Source of the DNA: an uncultured archaeon
Lineage (GTDB): Archaea; Iainarchaeota; Iainarchaeia; Iainarchaeales; DATDZZ01
Reading direction: 5' to 3'
Length of the DNA: 64,000 bases
Assembly: GCA_964373795.1 (NCBI GenBank)
Contig: CAYJVY010000007.1
Coordinates: 21,385 to 85,384 of the forward strand
Each line of letters begins with the position of its first letter. The stretch's first letter is position 1. Shown here one piece after another: positions 10,269 to 20,174 of the stretch. The position numbers and the translations under genes are program-made. The notes beneath the pieces were generated by a model. The model saw only the letters and a list, made by a program, of their open reading frames with translations. It was not told where the DNA came from and searched no databases.

Positions 10269-10442
10269 TTATTCTGGGCTAATGTAGTTTTCTTTGCATT
10301 TTTCACTGCAAAATCTTTGATAGTACAAATAGTTTTTCTCGTTTTTTTCAATTGAGTTACTGCAGTTTAAGCATTTTTTTCCAGGCATTAATTTTTGTAA
10401 GTCTTTTTTATTACTTTTTTTAATGTATTCCCCTAAATCCAT
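10269..10442 (-). CDS. small zinc-ribbon protein (57 aa)
   Basis: ORF MDLGEYIKKSNKKDLQKLMPGKKCLNCSNSIEKNEKNYLYYQRFCSEKCKENYISPE carries a CxxC…CxxxC arrangement. It falls below the 60-aa cut-off of the ORF track and lies in the 332-bp gap between the P-type ATPase and carA. Confidence 0.35.
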   Translation of the reverse strand: MDLGEYIKKSNKKDLQKLMPGKKCLNCSNSIEKNEKNYLYYQRFCSEKCKENYISPE

Positions 10443-10546
10443 ACACTATATTTTAATGCAAAGGTAAATAAATATTTTTCTTTGCAATTAATTTCTTTCT
10501 GCATTCGAAAGCTATTTAATTTGATCTATGTTAAAACTTATTTTTA

Positions 10547-11635
10547 ATGAGCTTAAAAGTTTTTGGAAAACTAATTTTAGAAGACGGCTCTGTTTTTGTT
10601 GGAGAAAGCTTTGGTTTTGAAAACCCTGTTTCAGGAGAAGTTGTTTTTAACACTGGAATGGTTGGCTATCCTGAAACCTTAACAGATCCTTCTTATAAAG
10701 GGCAAATTTTGTGTTTAACTTATCCTTTAATAGGTAATTATGGGGTTCCTGCAAAAAAATTGGATGAGTTTGGAATTCTTGAAAACTTTGAATCAAATCA
10801 AATTCATGTTTCAGGATTAATTGTTTCAGAGTATTCTGTTGCACATAATCATTGGAATTCAGTGAAAAGTCTTTCAGATTGGTTGAAGGAGGAAAAAATT
10901 CCTGCTTTAACAGGCATTGATGTTCGAGCTTTAACTAAAAAATTGCGTGAAAAAGGAACAATGCTTGGCAAAATAGTTTTTCAAGGAAAAGATATTAAAA
11001 TTTTTGATCCAAATAAAACTAATTTGGTTGCAGAAGTATCAATTTCTAAGCCAGTTTTTTATGAAAATAATTCTAGGAAAACAATTGCTTTAATTGATAC
11101 TGGAGTAAAAAATAATATTATTCGTTCACTGCTTTCCAGAAAAGTAAATGTTTTACGCATTCCCTGGAATTATGATTTATTTAATTCAAAGCATTGCAAT
11201 GACTTTAATGCAATAATGTTATCTAATGGCCCTGGAAATCCAAAGCAATGCATTGAAACAATTCAATCAATTCAAACTGCTTTAGAGTATAAGACTCCGA
11301 TTTTTGGAGTGTGTTTAGGAAATCAATTGCTTGCACTTGCTTCTGGAGCTAATACCTTTAAATTAAAATATGGACATAGAAGTCAAAACCAGCCCGCCTT
11401 GGAATTTAATTCAAAGAAGTGTTTTATTACTTCTCAAAATCATGGGTTTGCAGTTGACAAGAAAACTCTGAAGAAGAATTGGAGTGAATGGTTTGTTAAT
11501 GCAAACGATGAAACAAATGAAGGAATTAAGCATGCAAAACTTCCTTTTATGAGTGTTCAATTTCATCCAGAAGCCTGTCCAGGGCCAGTTGACACTAATT
11601 TTTTGTTTGACGAGTTTTTGAAAAAGGTGAAATGA
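10547..11635 (+). CDS. carA: carbamoyl-phosphate synthase small subunit (glutamine amidotransferase)
   Basis: Class I GATase triad region GVCLGNQLL…HGFAV, and a CPSase small-subunit N-terminal domain. Confidence 0.9.
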   Translation: MSLKVFGKLILEDGSVFVGESFGFENPVSGEVVFNTGMVGYPETLTDPSYKGQILCLTYPLIGNYGVPAKKLDEFGILENFESNQIHVSGLIVSEYSVAHNHWNSVKSLSDWLKEEKIPALTGIDVRALTKKLREKGTMLGKIVFQGKDIKIFDPNKTNLVAEVSISKPVFYENNSRKTIALIDTGVKNNIIRSLLSRKVNVLRIPWNYDLFNSKHCNDFNAIMLSNGPGNPKQCIETIQSIQTALEYKTPIFGVCLGNQLLALASGANTFKLKYGHRSQNQPALEFNSKKCFITSQNHGFAVDKKTLKKNWSEWFVNANDETNEGIKHAKLPFMSVQFHPEACPGPVDTNFLFDEFLKKVK

Positions 11636-12387
11636 TTTTGGTTGAATTACATTTTGCAGTGCTTTTAGCAATTGTTGCATTCATTGCAGGCTTGTATGGA
11701 TCAATTTCTGGAGGTTCTTCTCTGATTTTATTGCCTACTCTTTTATTCATTGGTTTAAGTCCTGGAATTGCTATTGGAACTAATAGATTATCTGTTACTT
11801 TTGGATCTATTTTTGCTTTAATTAGTTTTCATAAAAAAGTTGAATTTTTTTGGAAGGAAATTATTTTCTTTCTTTTACTTGCAACAATTGGAGCATTTCT
11901 TGGAGCAGTTTTCATTGTTTCAATTGATGAAAAAATTGCTTTAAAAATTGTGGGAACAATAATGCTTGTAACTGGTTTGCTTATGTTGTTTGGCAAGAAA
12001 GATAAAAAGTTTTTTGAAAACGTTAACCCAAAAATTAAAGACCTTATTTCAGGAATTATTATTTTTCTTATTAGTTTTTATAGAGGTTTTTTTGGAGGAG
12101 GAGCAGGAATTTTTGTTCGAAGCATTTTCATTAATATTAAACATTTTGAGCCTGTTAAAGCAATTTATTATGCAATTTTTACTGGATTTATTGCATCAAT
12201 TGCTGCATTAGGGGTTTTTACTTTTACTCAAAGCATTGATTTAGATTATGGATTAATTGCAGTTGCTTTTGGAAGCGTAGGAGCTTTTCTTGGCCCGAAA
12301 ATTGTTTTAAGTAAAGGAAGTAATTGGACTAAAAAATTTGTTGCATTAATTGAAATAATTTCCGGAATATATTTTTTAATAAAATAA
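11632..12387 (+). CDS. TauE/SafE (DUF81) family anion exporter-like membrane protein
   Basis: 251 aa. Motif GGSSLILLPTLLFIGLSPGIAIGTNRL plus a second repeat typical of TauE/SafE. The start overlaps the carA stop (ATGA). Confidence 0.7.
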   Translation: MILVELHFAVLLAIVAFIAGLYGSISGGSSLILLPTLLFIGLSPGIAIGTNRLSVTFGSIFALISFHKKVEFFWKEIIFFLLLATIGAFLGAVFIVSIDEKIALKIVGTIMLVTGLLMLFGKKDKKFFENVNPKIKDLISGIIIFLISFYRGFFGGGAGIFVRSIFINIKHFEPVKAIYYAIFTGFIASIAALGVFTFTQSIDLDYGLIAVAFGSVGAFLGPKIVLSKGSNWTKKFVALIEIISGIYFLIK

Positions 12388-12400
12388 ATTTGGTGAATGA

Positions 12401-15400
12401 ATGAAAAAAACTTTTCCAAAAAAAGTTTTAATTTTAGGCAGCGGAGGTTTAAGCATTGGCCAGGCAGGAGAATTTGATTATTCTGGAAGTCAAGCAATTA
12501 AAGCCTTAAAAGAAGAAGGCATTGAATCAATTGTAATTAATCCAAACATTGCTACAATTCAAACAGATGAAAAATTAGCTGACAAAATTTTTTTCTTGCC
12601 GGTAACTCCTTTTTTTGTTGAAAAAGTAATTGAAAAAGAAAAACCTGATTCAATTCTTTTATCTTTTGGAGGGCAAACAGCATTAAATTGTGGTTTAGAG
12701 CTTGCAAAAAGAGGCGTTTTAAAAAAATTTAATGTAAAAGTTTTAGGCACTCCAATTACTGCAATTGAAAAAACTGAGGACAGAAAACTGTTTGTAGAAG
12801 AATTAAATAAAATTGAGGTTAAAACTCCTAAAAGCATTGCAGTTTACTCTTTAATTGAAGCAAGAAAAGCAGTTAAAAAAATTGGTTTTCCTGTAATGAT
12901 TAGAATGGGTTTTGCTTTAGGAGGTAAAGGCTCTGGAATTGCAAGAAATTTAAGGGAATTGGAAAAAATTTGTAGAGAAATTTTTTTCGAACCAAATCAA
13001 GCATTAATTGAAGAATGCTTGGAAGGCTGGAAAGAAATTGAATATGAGGTTGTAAGAGATTCTTTGGATAACTGCATTACTGTTTGTAATATGGAGAACT
13101 TTGATCCGCTTGGAATTCATACAGGTGAAAGCATTGTTGTTGCTCCCTCGCAAACTCTAACTAATTCAGAGTATCACAAGTTGCGAGAAATTTCAATTAA
13201 AGTAATAAAACATTTTGGAATTATAGGAGAATGCAATATTCAATTTGCTTTAAATCCTTTTTCAGAAGACTATAGAGTAATTGAAGTTAATGCTCGTTTA
13301 TCCAGGAGTTCTGCTTTGGCTTCAAAGGCAACTGGTTATCCTTTGGCTTTTGTTGCAACAAAAATTGTTTTAGGATTTGCTTTGCCTGAAATTAAAAACT
13401 CTGTTACAAGAGTTACTGGAGCGTGCTTTGAACCTGCCTTGGATTACATTGTAGTGAAAATTCCTAGATGGGATTTAAAAAAATTTAAAAAAGTTTCAAA
13501 AAGAATTGGTTCTGCAATGAAATCAGTTGGAGAAGTAATGGCTATTGGGAAAAACTTTGAAGAAGCCTTGCAAAAAGCTTTGCGAATGCTTCATGTAGGA
13601 GTTGAAGGCCTGGCATGTAATTCTGTAGGAAAATTTTCTTTCCAGGATTTGAAAAACGAATTACTTGAACCAACTGATGAAAGAGTTTTTGCAATTGCCG
13701 AAGCCTTAAAGCAAAATTATTCTATAAAACAAATTCATGCTTTAACTAAAATTGATAAATGGTTTTTATTCAAGATTCAAAACATTGTTGAATTTGAAAA
13801 AATTCTTTCAAGGAAATCTCTTAAAACAATTTCAAGAGAAGAATTCTTGAAAGCAAAACAATTAGGTTTTTCAGATAAACAACTTGCCTTTCTTTGGAAT
13901 TCAAATGAATTAATTGTTAGAAAAAAGCGTAAAACTTTTGCTTTAAATCCTTTTATAAAACAAATTGACACTCTAGCAGCTGAATACCCTGCTAAAACAA
14001 ATTATTTGTATTTAACGTATAATGCAATTGAATCAGATATTCAAAGAACTTTTAATGCTGTAATGGTTTTAGGTTCTGGAGCATATAAAATTGGTAGTTC
14101 AGTTGAATTTGATTGGTGTGCAGTTAACACTGTTTTTACTTTGCATGAATTAGGTTTTAAAACAATAATGGTTAACTTTAATCCTGAAACTGTTTCAACT
14201 GATTACGATGTATGCGATAAATTATTTTTTGATGAATTAAGTTTTGAAACTGTTTTAGATTTATATGAATTTGAGCAACCTTTTGGCGTAATTGTTTCAG
14301 TTGGAGGGCAAATTCCAAACAATTTGGCTTTAAATCTTTACTTGCAAGGAGTAAATGTTTTAGGCACTTCTCCTGAAAGCATTGATAAAGCTGAAAATCG
14401 TTTCAAGTTTTCAAAGCTTTTAGACAAGCTTGAAATTGATCAACCTGATTGGAAAGAATTAAAGTCTATTTCTCAAGCAAAAAAGTTTTGTAAAAAAATT
14501 GGTTACCCTGTTCTTGTCAGGCCAAGTTATGTTTTAAGCGGAGCTGCAATGAATGTAGCCTTTAATGATAGTACTTTGAAAAAATATTTATCTGCTGCCG
14601 CAAAAGTTTCAAATGAATTTCCAGTTGTAATAACAAAGTTTATTACTAATGCAAGAGAACTTGAATTAGACGGAGTTGCAAAAAACGGTAAACTAATTAT
14701 TTATGCAATTACTGAACATGTTGAAAATGCCGGAGTGCATTCAGGTGATGCCACAATTGTCTTGCCTGGACAAAAAATTTACCTTGAAACAACTAATCAA
14801 ATTAAGGAAATTTCTAAAAAAATTGCAAGAGACTTAAAAATAACTGGGCCATTTAATATTCAGTTTTTAGCTAAAGATAATAACATTAAAGTAATTGAAT
14901 GCAATTTAAGGGCTTCTAGGAGTTTTCCTTTTTGTTCAAAAGTTGTTGGAAAAAACTTTATTGAATTAAGCACTAAAGCAATAATGAATAAATCTTTGCC
15001 TAAAGAAATTGATTTTTTTGGGAAACTAAACCATGTAGGAGTAAAAGCTCCAATGTTTTCTTTTAACAGATTAAAAGGAGCTGACCCAGTTCTAGGAGTT
15101 GAAATGGCTTCAACTGGAGAAGTAGCTTGTTTAGGAAAAAATTTTCACACAGCATTGCTGAAAGCATTGCTTTCCACAGGCATTAAATTGCCTGAAAAAA
15201 ATGTTTACATTTCAATTGGAGGAGAAGAAAACAAATACAAGTTTGTTCATCAAGTAAAAAAATTAGTTGAATTAGGGTTTAACATTTTTGCTTCAGAGCA
15301 TACCTCTAATTTTTTGAATTTCATTGGAGTGAAAAACAAAATGCTTTTCAAAGTGCATGAAAAAAAAGAACCCAATGTTTTAACTTATTTGAAAAACAAG

Positions 15401-15649
15401 GAAATAGATTTTGTGATTTACATTCCAAATCAATACAAGCCAATTGAAGAAGATGATTCATATCAAGTTAGAAGAACTGCAGTGGATTACAGTATTCCAT
15501 TAATTACAAATCTTCAATTAGCCAAGGCATTCATTAAAACAATTTCCAAAACTTCTCTTGAAAGCCTTGAAATAAAGTCTTGGAATGAATTCATGCAAGA
15601 AAATTCTTCTTCTCAAAATATCTCTCAAAATGGGAAAATAATTAACTAA
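12401..15649 (+). CDS. carB: carbamoyl-phosphate synthase large subunit
   Basis: 1082 aa. Two ATP-grasp halves, an oligomerisation domain and an MGS-like C-terminus. Confidence 0.95.
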   Translation: MKKTFPKKVLILGSGGLSIGQAGEFDYSGSQAIKALKEEGIESIVINPNIATIQTDEKLADKIFFLPVTPFFVEKVIEKEKPDSILLSFGGQTALNCGLELAKRGVLKKFNVKVLGTPITAIEKTEDRKLFVEELNKIEVKTPKSIAVYSLIEARKAVKKIGFPVMIRMGFALGGKGSGIARNLRELEKICREIFFEPNQALIEECLEGWKEIEYEVVRDSLDNCITVCNMENFDPLGIHTGESIVVAPSQTLTNSEYHKLREISIKVIKHFGIIGECNIQFALNPFSEDYRVIEVNARLSRSSALASKATGYPLAFVATKIVLGFALPEIKNSVTRVTGACFEPALDYIVVKIPRWDLKKFKKVSKRIGSAMKSVGEVMAIGKNFEEALQKALRMLHVGVEGLACNSVGKFSFQDLKNELLEPTDERVFAIAEALKQNYSIKQIHALTKIDKWFLFKIQNIVEFEKILSRKSLKTISREEFLKAKQLGFSDKQLAFLWNSNELIVRKKRKTFALNPFIKQIDTLAAEYPAKTNYLYLTYNAIESDIQRTFNAVMVLGSGAYKIGSSVEFDWCAVNTVFTLHELGFKTIMVNFNPETVSTDYDVCDKLFFDELSFETVLDLYEFEQPFGVIVSVGGQIPNNLALNLYLQGVNVLGTSPESIDKAENRFKFSKLLDKLEIDQPDWKELKSISQAKKFCKKIGYPVLVRPSYVLSGAAMNVAFNDSTLKKYLSAAAKVSNEFPVVITKFITNARELELDGVAKNGKLIIYAITEHVENAGVHSGDATIVLPGQKIYLETTNQIKEISKKIARDLKITGPFNIQFLAKDNNIKVIECNLRASRSFPFCSKVVGKNFIELSTKAIMNKSLPKEIDFFGKLNHVGVKAPMFSFNRLKGADPVLGVEMASTGEVACLGKNFHTALLKALLSTGIKLPEKNVYISIGGEENKYKFVHQVKKLVELGFNIFASEHTSNFLNFIGVKNKMLFKVHEKKEPNVLTYLKNKEIDFVIYIPNQYKPIEEDDSYQVRRTAVDYSIPLITNLQLAKAFIKTISKTSLESLEIKSWNEFMQENSSSQNISQNGKIIN

Positions 15650-15896
15650 TTTTCTCGGTTTTAAATTCAAAGTTATTGTCCTTTAATAGTTTGTTTTTTG
15701 AACAAATAAAGGTTATTAAAAAAACCAACAATATATACTTGTTTTCTATCACCCCGATTTCGAATAGAAACAAAGGCAAAGGGAAGGGTTTTGAACTTGT
15801 TAAAAGCATATCCCTTCCTTCCCTAGCCAAAAATTTTTATGCTTTTTTCTGATTTCTAGCAAACTGTTTTATACTTCTTTAATTCTTTATTTATTA

Positions 15897-16385
15897 ATGC
15901 CAATGCAATCACGTTTTTTGTTTAATATTGAAAGAAAAGATTCAACTCATGGAAAACTTTCAAGCTATGCTTTGAAGGCAATTAAGAAGCCTGATAGAGG
16001 GTCTGTTTTAGATGTAAAAACTAAAAGAATTAGATGGCTTCCTGGAAGAATTTTATTATGGGTAATGAAAAAATCTAATTATGATTTGTTGATAAGTGAA
16101 AGTGATGGGAAAATAGATGCACATTTAGTTGTTCAAAGGCAAGGAACTACATTGCATGTACTTTCAACTAAAATTATTGATAAGCCTAGAAGAGAAGAAA
16201 TTGAGTCTCATCTTGGAGATGAATTAATTAAACAAGCAAGATTAATTCCCGGAGTGAATAGATTAATGCTTGGTTCTGGTGGAAGCCTTCCAATTGTGGG
16301 AATGCTTAAAAGCATTAGACGAAAACAATTAGATCTTGGGGTAAGAATTGTGGATTCACAGAAAGGGCGGATTGATTTACTGTAA
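15897..16385 (+). CDS. hypothetical protein
   Basis: 162-aa ORF, relatively R/G-rich compared with its neighbours. No motif recognised. Confidence 0.4.
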   Translation: MPMQSRFLFNIERKDSTHGKLSSYALKAIKKPDRGSVLDVKTKRIRWLPGRILLWVMKKSNYDLLISESDGKIDAHLVVQRQGTTLHVLSTKIIDKPRREEIESHLGDELIKQARLIPGVNRLMLGSGGSLPIVGMLKSIRRKQLDLGVRIVDSQKGRIDLL

Positions 16386-16399
16386 AATTAAGTGAATTT

Positions 16400-17029
16400 A
16401 TGGCAATTAAAGCAGTTATATTCGATTTATTTAATACTCTTGTCAAATGCGGCAATCCAGAGGGAAGAATGATTAAAGAATTCAACCTACAACTTGATTA
16501 CTATGAAGTTGAACGAATCTCTAACAGTGTTAACGAGCATTCAGAAGAAAAGTATGCACAAATTCTTTTACAAGAATTTGGCTTGCCTTTGTCAAAACAA
16601 AACTTGAATAAAATGCTTAAAGTTTTTGAAATAGAAAAAGGTTTCCTTGAATTGTTTTCTGATTCAATTCCTGTTTTAGAGGAATTAAAAAAACAAGGCT
16701 TGAAAGTAGGTTTGATTTCAAACTCTCTTCCTTTTTTAATGCCAAAACTTGAAGAACCAAAATTTCAAAATTTAATGCATAAATTTGATGTAGTTATTCT
16801 TTCAGAAAAAATCGGAATTGTAAAACCTAACCCAAAAATTTTTCAAATGTGTATTAAAAAACTTAAAGTAAAACCATTCGAAGCTTTAATGGTTGGAGAT
16901 TCTTTAAGAAACGATTTCCAAGGCGCAGAAAAAACCGGAATGAATGCATTACTATTAGATAGAGCTAATGAAAAAGATTTTTCTAAAAAAATTTCTTCTT
17001 TGAATGAAATAATGAATTTTTTAGAGTAA
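16400..17029 (+). CDS. HAD-superfamily hydrolase (haloacid dehalogenase-like, subfamily IA)
   Basis: Motif I VIFDLFNTLV (DxxxT form), motif III K, and motif IV MVGDSLRNDFQGAEKTG. Confidence 0.7.
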   Translation: MAIKAVIFDLFNTLVKCGNPEGRMIKEFNLQLDYYEVERISNSVNEHSEEKYAQILLQEFGLPLSKQNLNKMLKVFEIEKGFLELFSDSIPVLEELKKQGLKVGLISNSLPFLMPKLEEPKFQNLMHKFDVVILSEKIGIVKPNPKIFQMCIKKLKVKPFEALMVGDSLRNDFQGAEKTGMNALLLDRANEKDFSKKISSLNEIMNFLE

Positions 17030-17032
17030 GGA

Positions 17033-17812
17033 TTACTTTTTTCCCGGTCTGCGTTTTTTCAAGCTCCTCCAAAGCTTGTAAAAATGTTTTCTAAAAGATT
17101 TAGCTAAATCTTCGCTTTCAATCAAAATTGTTGTAATTACGGGTTCCCAAATAATTATTATTGTTTTATTTCCATAAACTGCAATTGGAATGTTATGGAA
17201 AAATTCTTTTGGAATAAATCTATATTCAGATGTTTTAGCTCCAAAAGTTTTGCATCCTTCAAAGGTTATTAGTTTTTCTTTAAGTGCTCTAGTTGAATCA
17301 ACTTCTTTAGTGTATTGCTTGAAATGCAAGTAATCTAAATCGTAAAAATTTTGTTCATCTATTCCCCATCCAACGAATTCTCCGCCTGTTTTAAGGCCAT
17401 CTTTATAAATGAAATGAATTGCTTCTAACCCTTTGAATACTTCTACTTTTACATCCTTTTTTTCTGTTTGAGTGATTTTTTTCAAATCAGCTATGCTGTT
17501 TTCAAAATTTTTTTGTTTTTGTTTTAATAATTCGTTAATGTGTTCAGGATTTGTAGATGAAAAATATTTAACATTTTCTTTAATGTTGGATGAAACAAAA
17601 CCTTTTTCTTGTAACTTTAAAAGCATGTAATAAGTTGTTGTTCTGTCAAAACCCAAATCTTCAGCAACCTTGCTTGCAGGAGCAGAACCTCTTTTAAGTA
17701 AGCTAACATATATTTTTGTTTCATTTTCAGTTAACCCTATTTCTTGCAAAGGAGCTGTATTCATTAACAAATTAGTATTTAAACTATTATTTAAATGTTG
17801 TGAATTTTTCAC
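17033..17812 (-). CDS. TrmB-family transcriptional regulator
   Basis: N-terminal wHTH LTENETKIYVSLLKRGSAPASKVAEDLGFDRTTTYYMLLKLQEKGFV matches the TrmB N-domain, followed by a C-terminal ligand domain. The alternative start Met17 would place the start at 17764. Confidence 0.65.
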   Translation of the reverse strand: MKNSQHLNNSLNTNLLMNTAPLQEIGLTENETKIYVSLLKRGSAPASKVAEDLGFDRTTTYYMLLKLQEKGFVSSNIKENVKYFSSTNPEHINELLKQKQKNFENSIADLKKITQTEKKDVKVEVFKGLEAIHFIYKDGLKTGGEFVGWGIDEQNFYDLDYLHFKQYTKEVDSTRALKEKLITFEGCKTFGAKTSEYRFIPKEFFHNIPIAVYGNKTIIIIWEPVITTILIESEDLAKSFRKHFYKLWRSLKKRRPGKK

Positions 17813-18186
17813 AGCAAGAATATTTAAGCATCTTTTGCATCAATTACTGTATGCAAGGAAAACTCTATTCTGGAAAGCTTTTACGCGGAGACGTTGAAAT
17901 AAAAGTTCCTGCGGAAAAAATTAAATATGAATCTAGAACTGAAATAGTTTTAGATTTTATTCAAAGACATATTCTTCAAGAAAAATACAGACTCAAATTT
18001 TTGTTTAATGGATTTTTTCTCTTGCTTTCAATTTTGCTTTCAATGTTTCTTTCCCCATTATTTTTAATTATTGCTTTTCATTTTTTCAAAAAAGCGATGA
18101 GGTTTAGTGCTAATTATGGTTACACTAAACATATTTCTGAATCAATGGATGCAAAGCAAATGGCTATGATGGATTAAGGTGAAAAA

Positions 18187-18504
18187 ATGTTATTGAAAGG
18201 TATTGCCGCAAGTAAAGGAACTGTGAAAGGAAAGGTCAGAATTGTAAGTAAAAACTCGTCTCCATATGTTTTTGAAGAAGGAGAAGTTTTAGTTACAGAA
18301 ATAACTGATCCTTCAATGGTTCTACTTATTGCAAAAGCTTCTGCAATAATTACTGATATTGGTGGAATAATGAGTCATCCCGCAATTGTTGCTCGTGAGT
18401 TTGGAATTCCCTGCATTGTTGGAGTAAAAAATGCGACAAAGATTTTGAAAAATGGTCAAGAGGTTGTTGTTAATGGAGAAACTGGAGAAATTAAATTATA
18501 CTGA
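18187..18504 (+). CDS. stand-alone PEP-utilising enzyme mobile (phosphohistidine) domain protein
   Basis: 105 aa. Motif …ITDIGGIMSHPAIVAREFGIPCIVGVKNAT… is the swivelling His domain of PEP synthase/PPDK. No PPDK_N or PEP-binding domain is adjacent. Confidence 0.7.
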   Translation: MLLKGIAASKGTVKGKVRIVSKNSSPYVFEEGEVLVTEITDPSMVLLIAKASAIITDIGGIMSHPAIVAREFGIPCIVGVKNATKILKNGQEVVVNGETGEIKLY

Positions 18505-18556
18505 TTTTAAATGGATTAAGCCTTTTCAGGAATCAATTTTTCATACTCTTGGAGAA

Positions 18557-19573
18557 ATGGATTTATCAACTATTGAACCATTTAATTGGCTTGATTTTCA
18601 TGTCTTGTTTGATAAACCTTTTTTAGAGAAAACTTTGAATTTAATTAATAAATGCTATGAAAAAAGAATTTCAATTAAAAAATTAGTTAAAGAATTTGAT
18701 AATCCTTCTGAATTAAGAGTAATTCTTTACTTTCTTTTAACTGACATAAAATCAGTTAAGCTAAGTAAACCACAGAGATTAAAAATTGCTTATTTTTTTA
18801 AAAGAATTTTAGACGAATCAGTTTTAGAAGATCATTTTGGTTTTGAATCAACAATAATTCACTCTGATATACAGGTTCATGAACTGCTTAAATTAATTCC
18901 TTTTTTCCATGCAAATTCTAGTCTTACTTTTAATGCTGCTAGAATTTTTAATGCAGGTTATCATTTGACTAATGGATTATATTTTGATTTTTACATGGAT
19001 TTTTCTCATGAAAATTATGGGCCTTATATGATTAAAGAAGACAGCGAAACAGAAACTTTTATTATTAAAAAATTTCACAACTTAAAACCGTTGTGTTTAT
19101 GGCCTGAAATGATTGAATCGAATTTCAATAATATAACTATTTATGCAATCTATAAAAATATTGAATTCAAGTCTCAATTTGTTTCAAGTCATGCTTATCT
19201 TAATTCTTCAGCAAAAGATTCGTTAATTAAAATTGCAATTAAAGTTGATGAAAAATTTCTTTCCGAGCAAGAAATTAGCATTCTAGCAGATCACCTAGAG
19301 GTAGTTTCAGTTAATCAGTGGAATAGACTTAAATCTCTTTCAATTTCTGAGCTTAAAGAAAAAGGTGTTTGGATTAGAAATTATTCGATGAAAAAATTAT
19401 TTGATTTAGTTGAACTTGATTGGAAGCCTTCAATTGAAATGATTAAAGCAGTTAAAGAAAGAGAACTTGAAAGGAAGTGGAAGTACTATGTACTTGAAGG
19501 AAAAGGAAAAGAGTATTGGAGTAAAATCTTAGACCCGCGAGAAGAATTTTTTATAGAGGATGATGTGCAATGA
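18557..19573 (+). CDS. hypothetical protein
   Basis: The ORF track gives 18452..19573, which overlaps the upstream gene. The first in-frame ATG after that gene's stop is at 18557. No motifs recognised. The stop overlaps the start of the next gene (ATGA). Confidence 0.45.
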   Translation: MDLSTIEPFNWLDFHVLFDKPFLEKTLNLINKCYEKRISIKKLVKEFDNPSELRVILYFLLTDIKSVKLSKPQRLKIAYFFKRILDESVLEDHFGFESTIIHSDIQVHELLKLIPFFHANSSLTFNAARIFNAGYHLTNGLYFDFYMDFSHENYGPYMIKEDSETETFIIKKFHNLKPLCLWPEMIESNFNNITIYAIYKNIEFKSQFVSSHAYLNSSAKDSLIKIAIKVDEKFLSEQEISILADHLEVVSVNQWNRLKSLSISELKEKGVWIRNYSMKKLFDLVELDWKPSIEMIKAVKERELERKWKYYVLEGKGKEYWSKILDPREEFFIEDDVQ

Positions 19574-20148
19574 AATTAATTTCTTTTGGTTTGAAGGAAC
19601 TTGCTTTAACTGTAATTATTTATTTAACAATATTTTTTTTAATTCCTCTAGAGTTTGATGTATTTTTGCATCTAACTATTTTCTATGTAGTTCATTTAAT
19701 TGTTTTATTTTTTTTGAGTTTATTTAAAGAGAAAAAAACAATTATCTTTGATTTTGTGGATGTAGTGAGTGATAATAATTATTTTACTGAGCCTTTTAGA
19801 ATTCGTCCTGGAATTCCTCAAATAGTGAAAAATTTGAGGAAAGGTCATGAAGTTGTTTTGTTTACTAATAACAATAAATTGGTTGCCGATAATATTGCAA
19901 AAGAATTAAAACTCGGAAAAATGTTTGATAAACTTTATAGTTCTGGAGATGTTGGAATTGCTAAACCCGATCCGAAAGCTTACAAGGCCTTACTGAATAA
20001 ATTAAGTGTTTCCTCAGATAAAGCAGTTATGATTGACGACAATAAGGATAATATTGAAGGGGCCATCAAAGCTGGCTTAGATGGAGTATTATTTAAAAGC
20101 ACGGGAGAATTATTGTTTGATTTACAGTCAAGAAAACTCTTAAGGTAA
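19570..20148 (+). CDS. membrane-anchored HAD-superfamily hydrolase
   Basis: Two N-terminal transmembrane helices, then motif I IIFDFVDVV (DxDxV), SGDVGIAKPDPKAY, and MIDDNKDNIEGA. Confidence 0.6.
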   Translation: MKLISFGLKELALTVIIYLTIFFLIPLEFDVFLHLTIFYVVHLIVLFFLSLFKEKKTIIFDFVDVVSDNNYFTEPFRIRPGIPQIVKNLRKGHEVVLFTNNNKLVADNIAKELKLGKMFDKLYSSGDVGIAKPDPKAYKALLNKLSVSSDKAVMIDDNKDNIEGAIKAGLDGVLFKSTGELLFDLQSRKLLR

Positions 20149-20174
20149 TTTTGAATTTCATTTAATGAGACTAC

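Noticed and set aside
17800-18177. 125-aa ORF filling the TrmB/PEP-domain intergenic region
   Set aside because: It starts inside the divergent TrmB gene and has no in-frame ATG after that gene. It is probably non-coding promoter space, so I did not report it as a feature.
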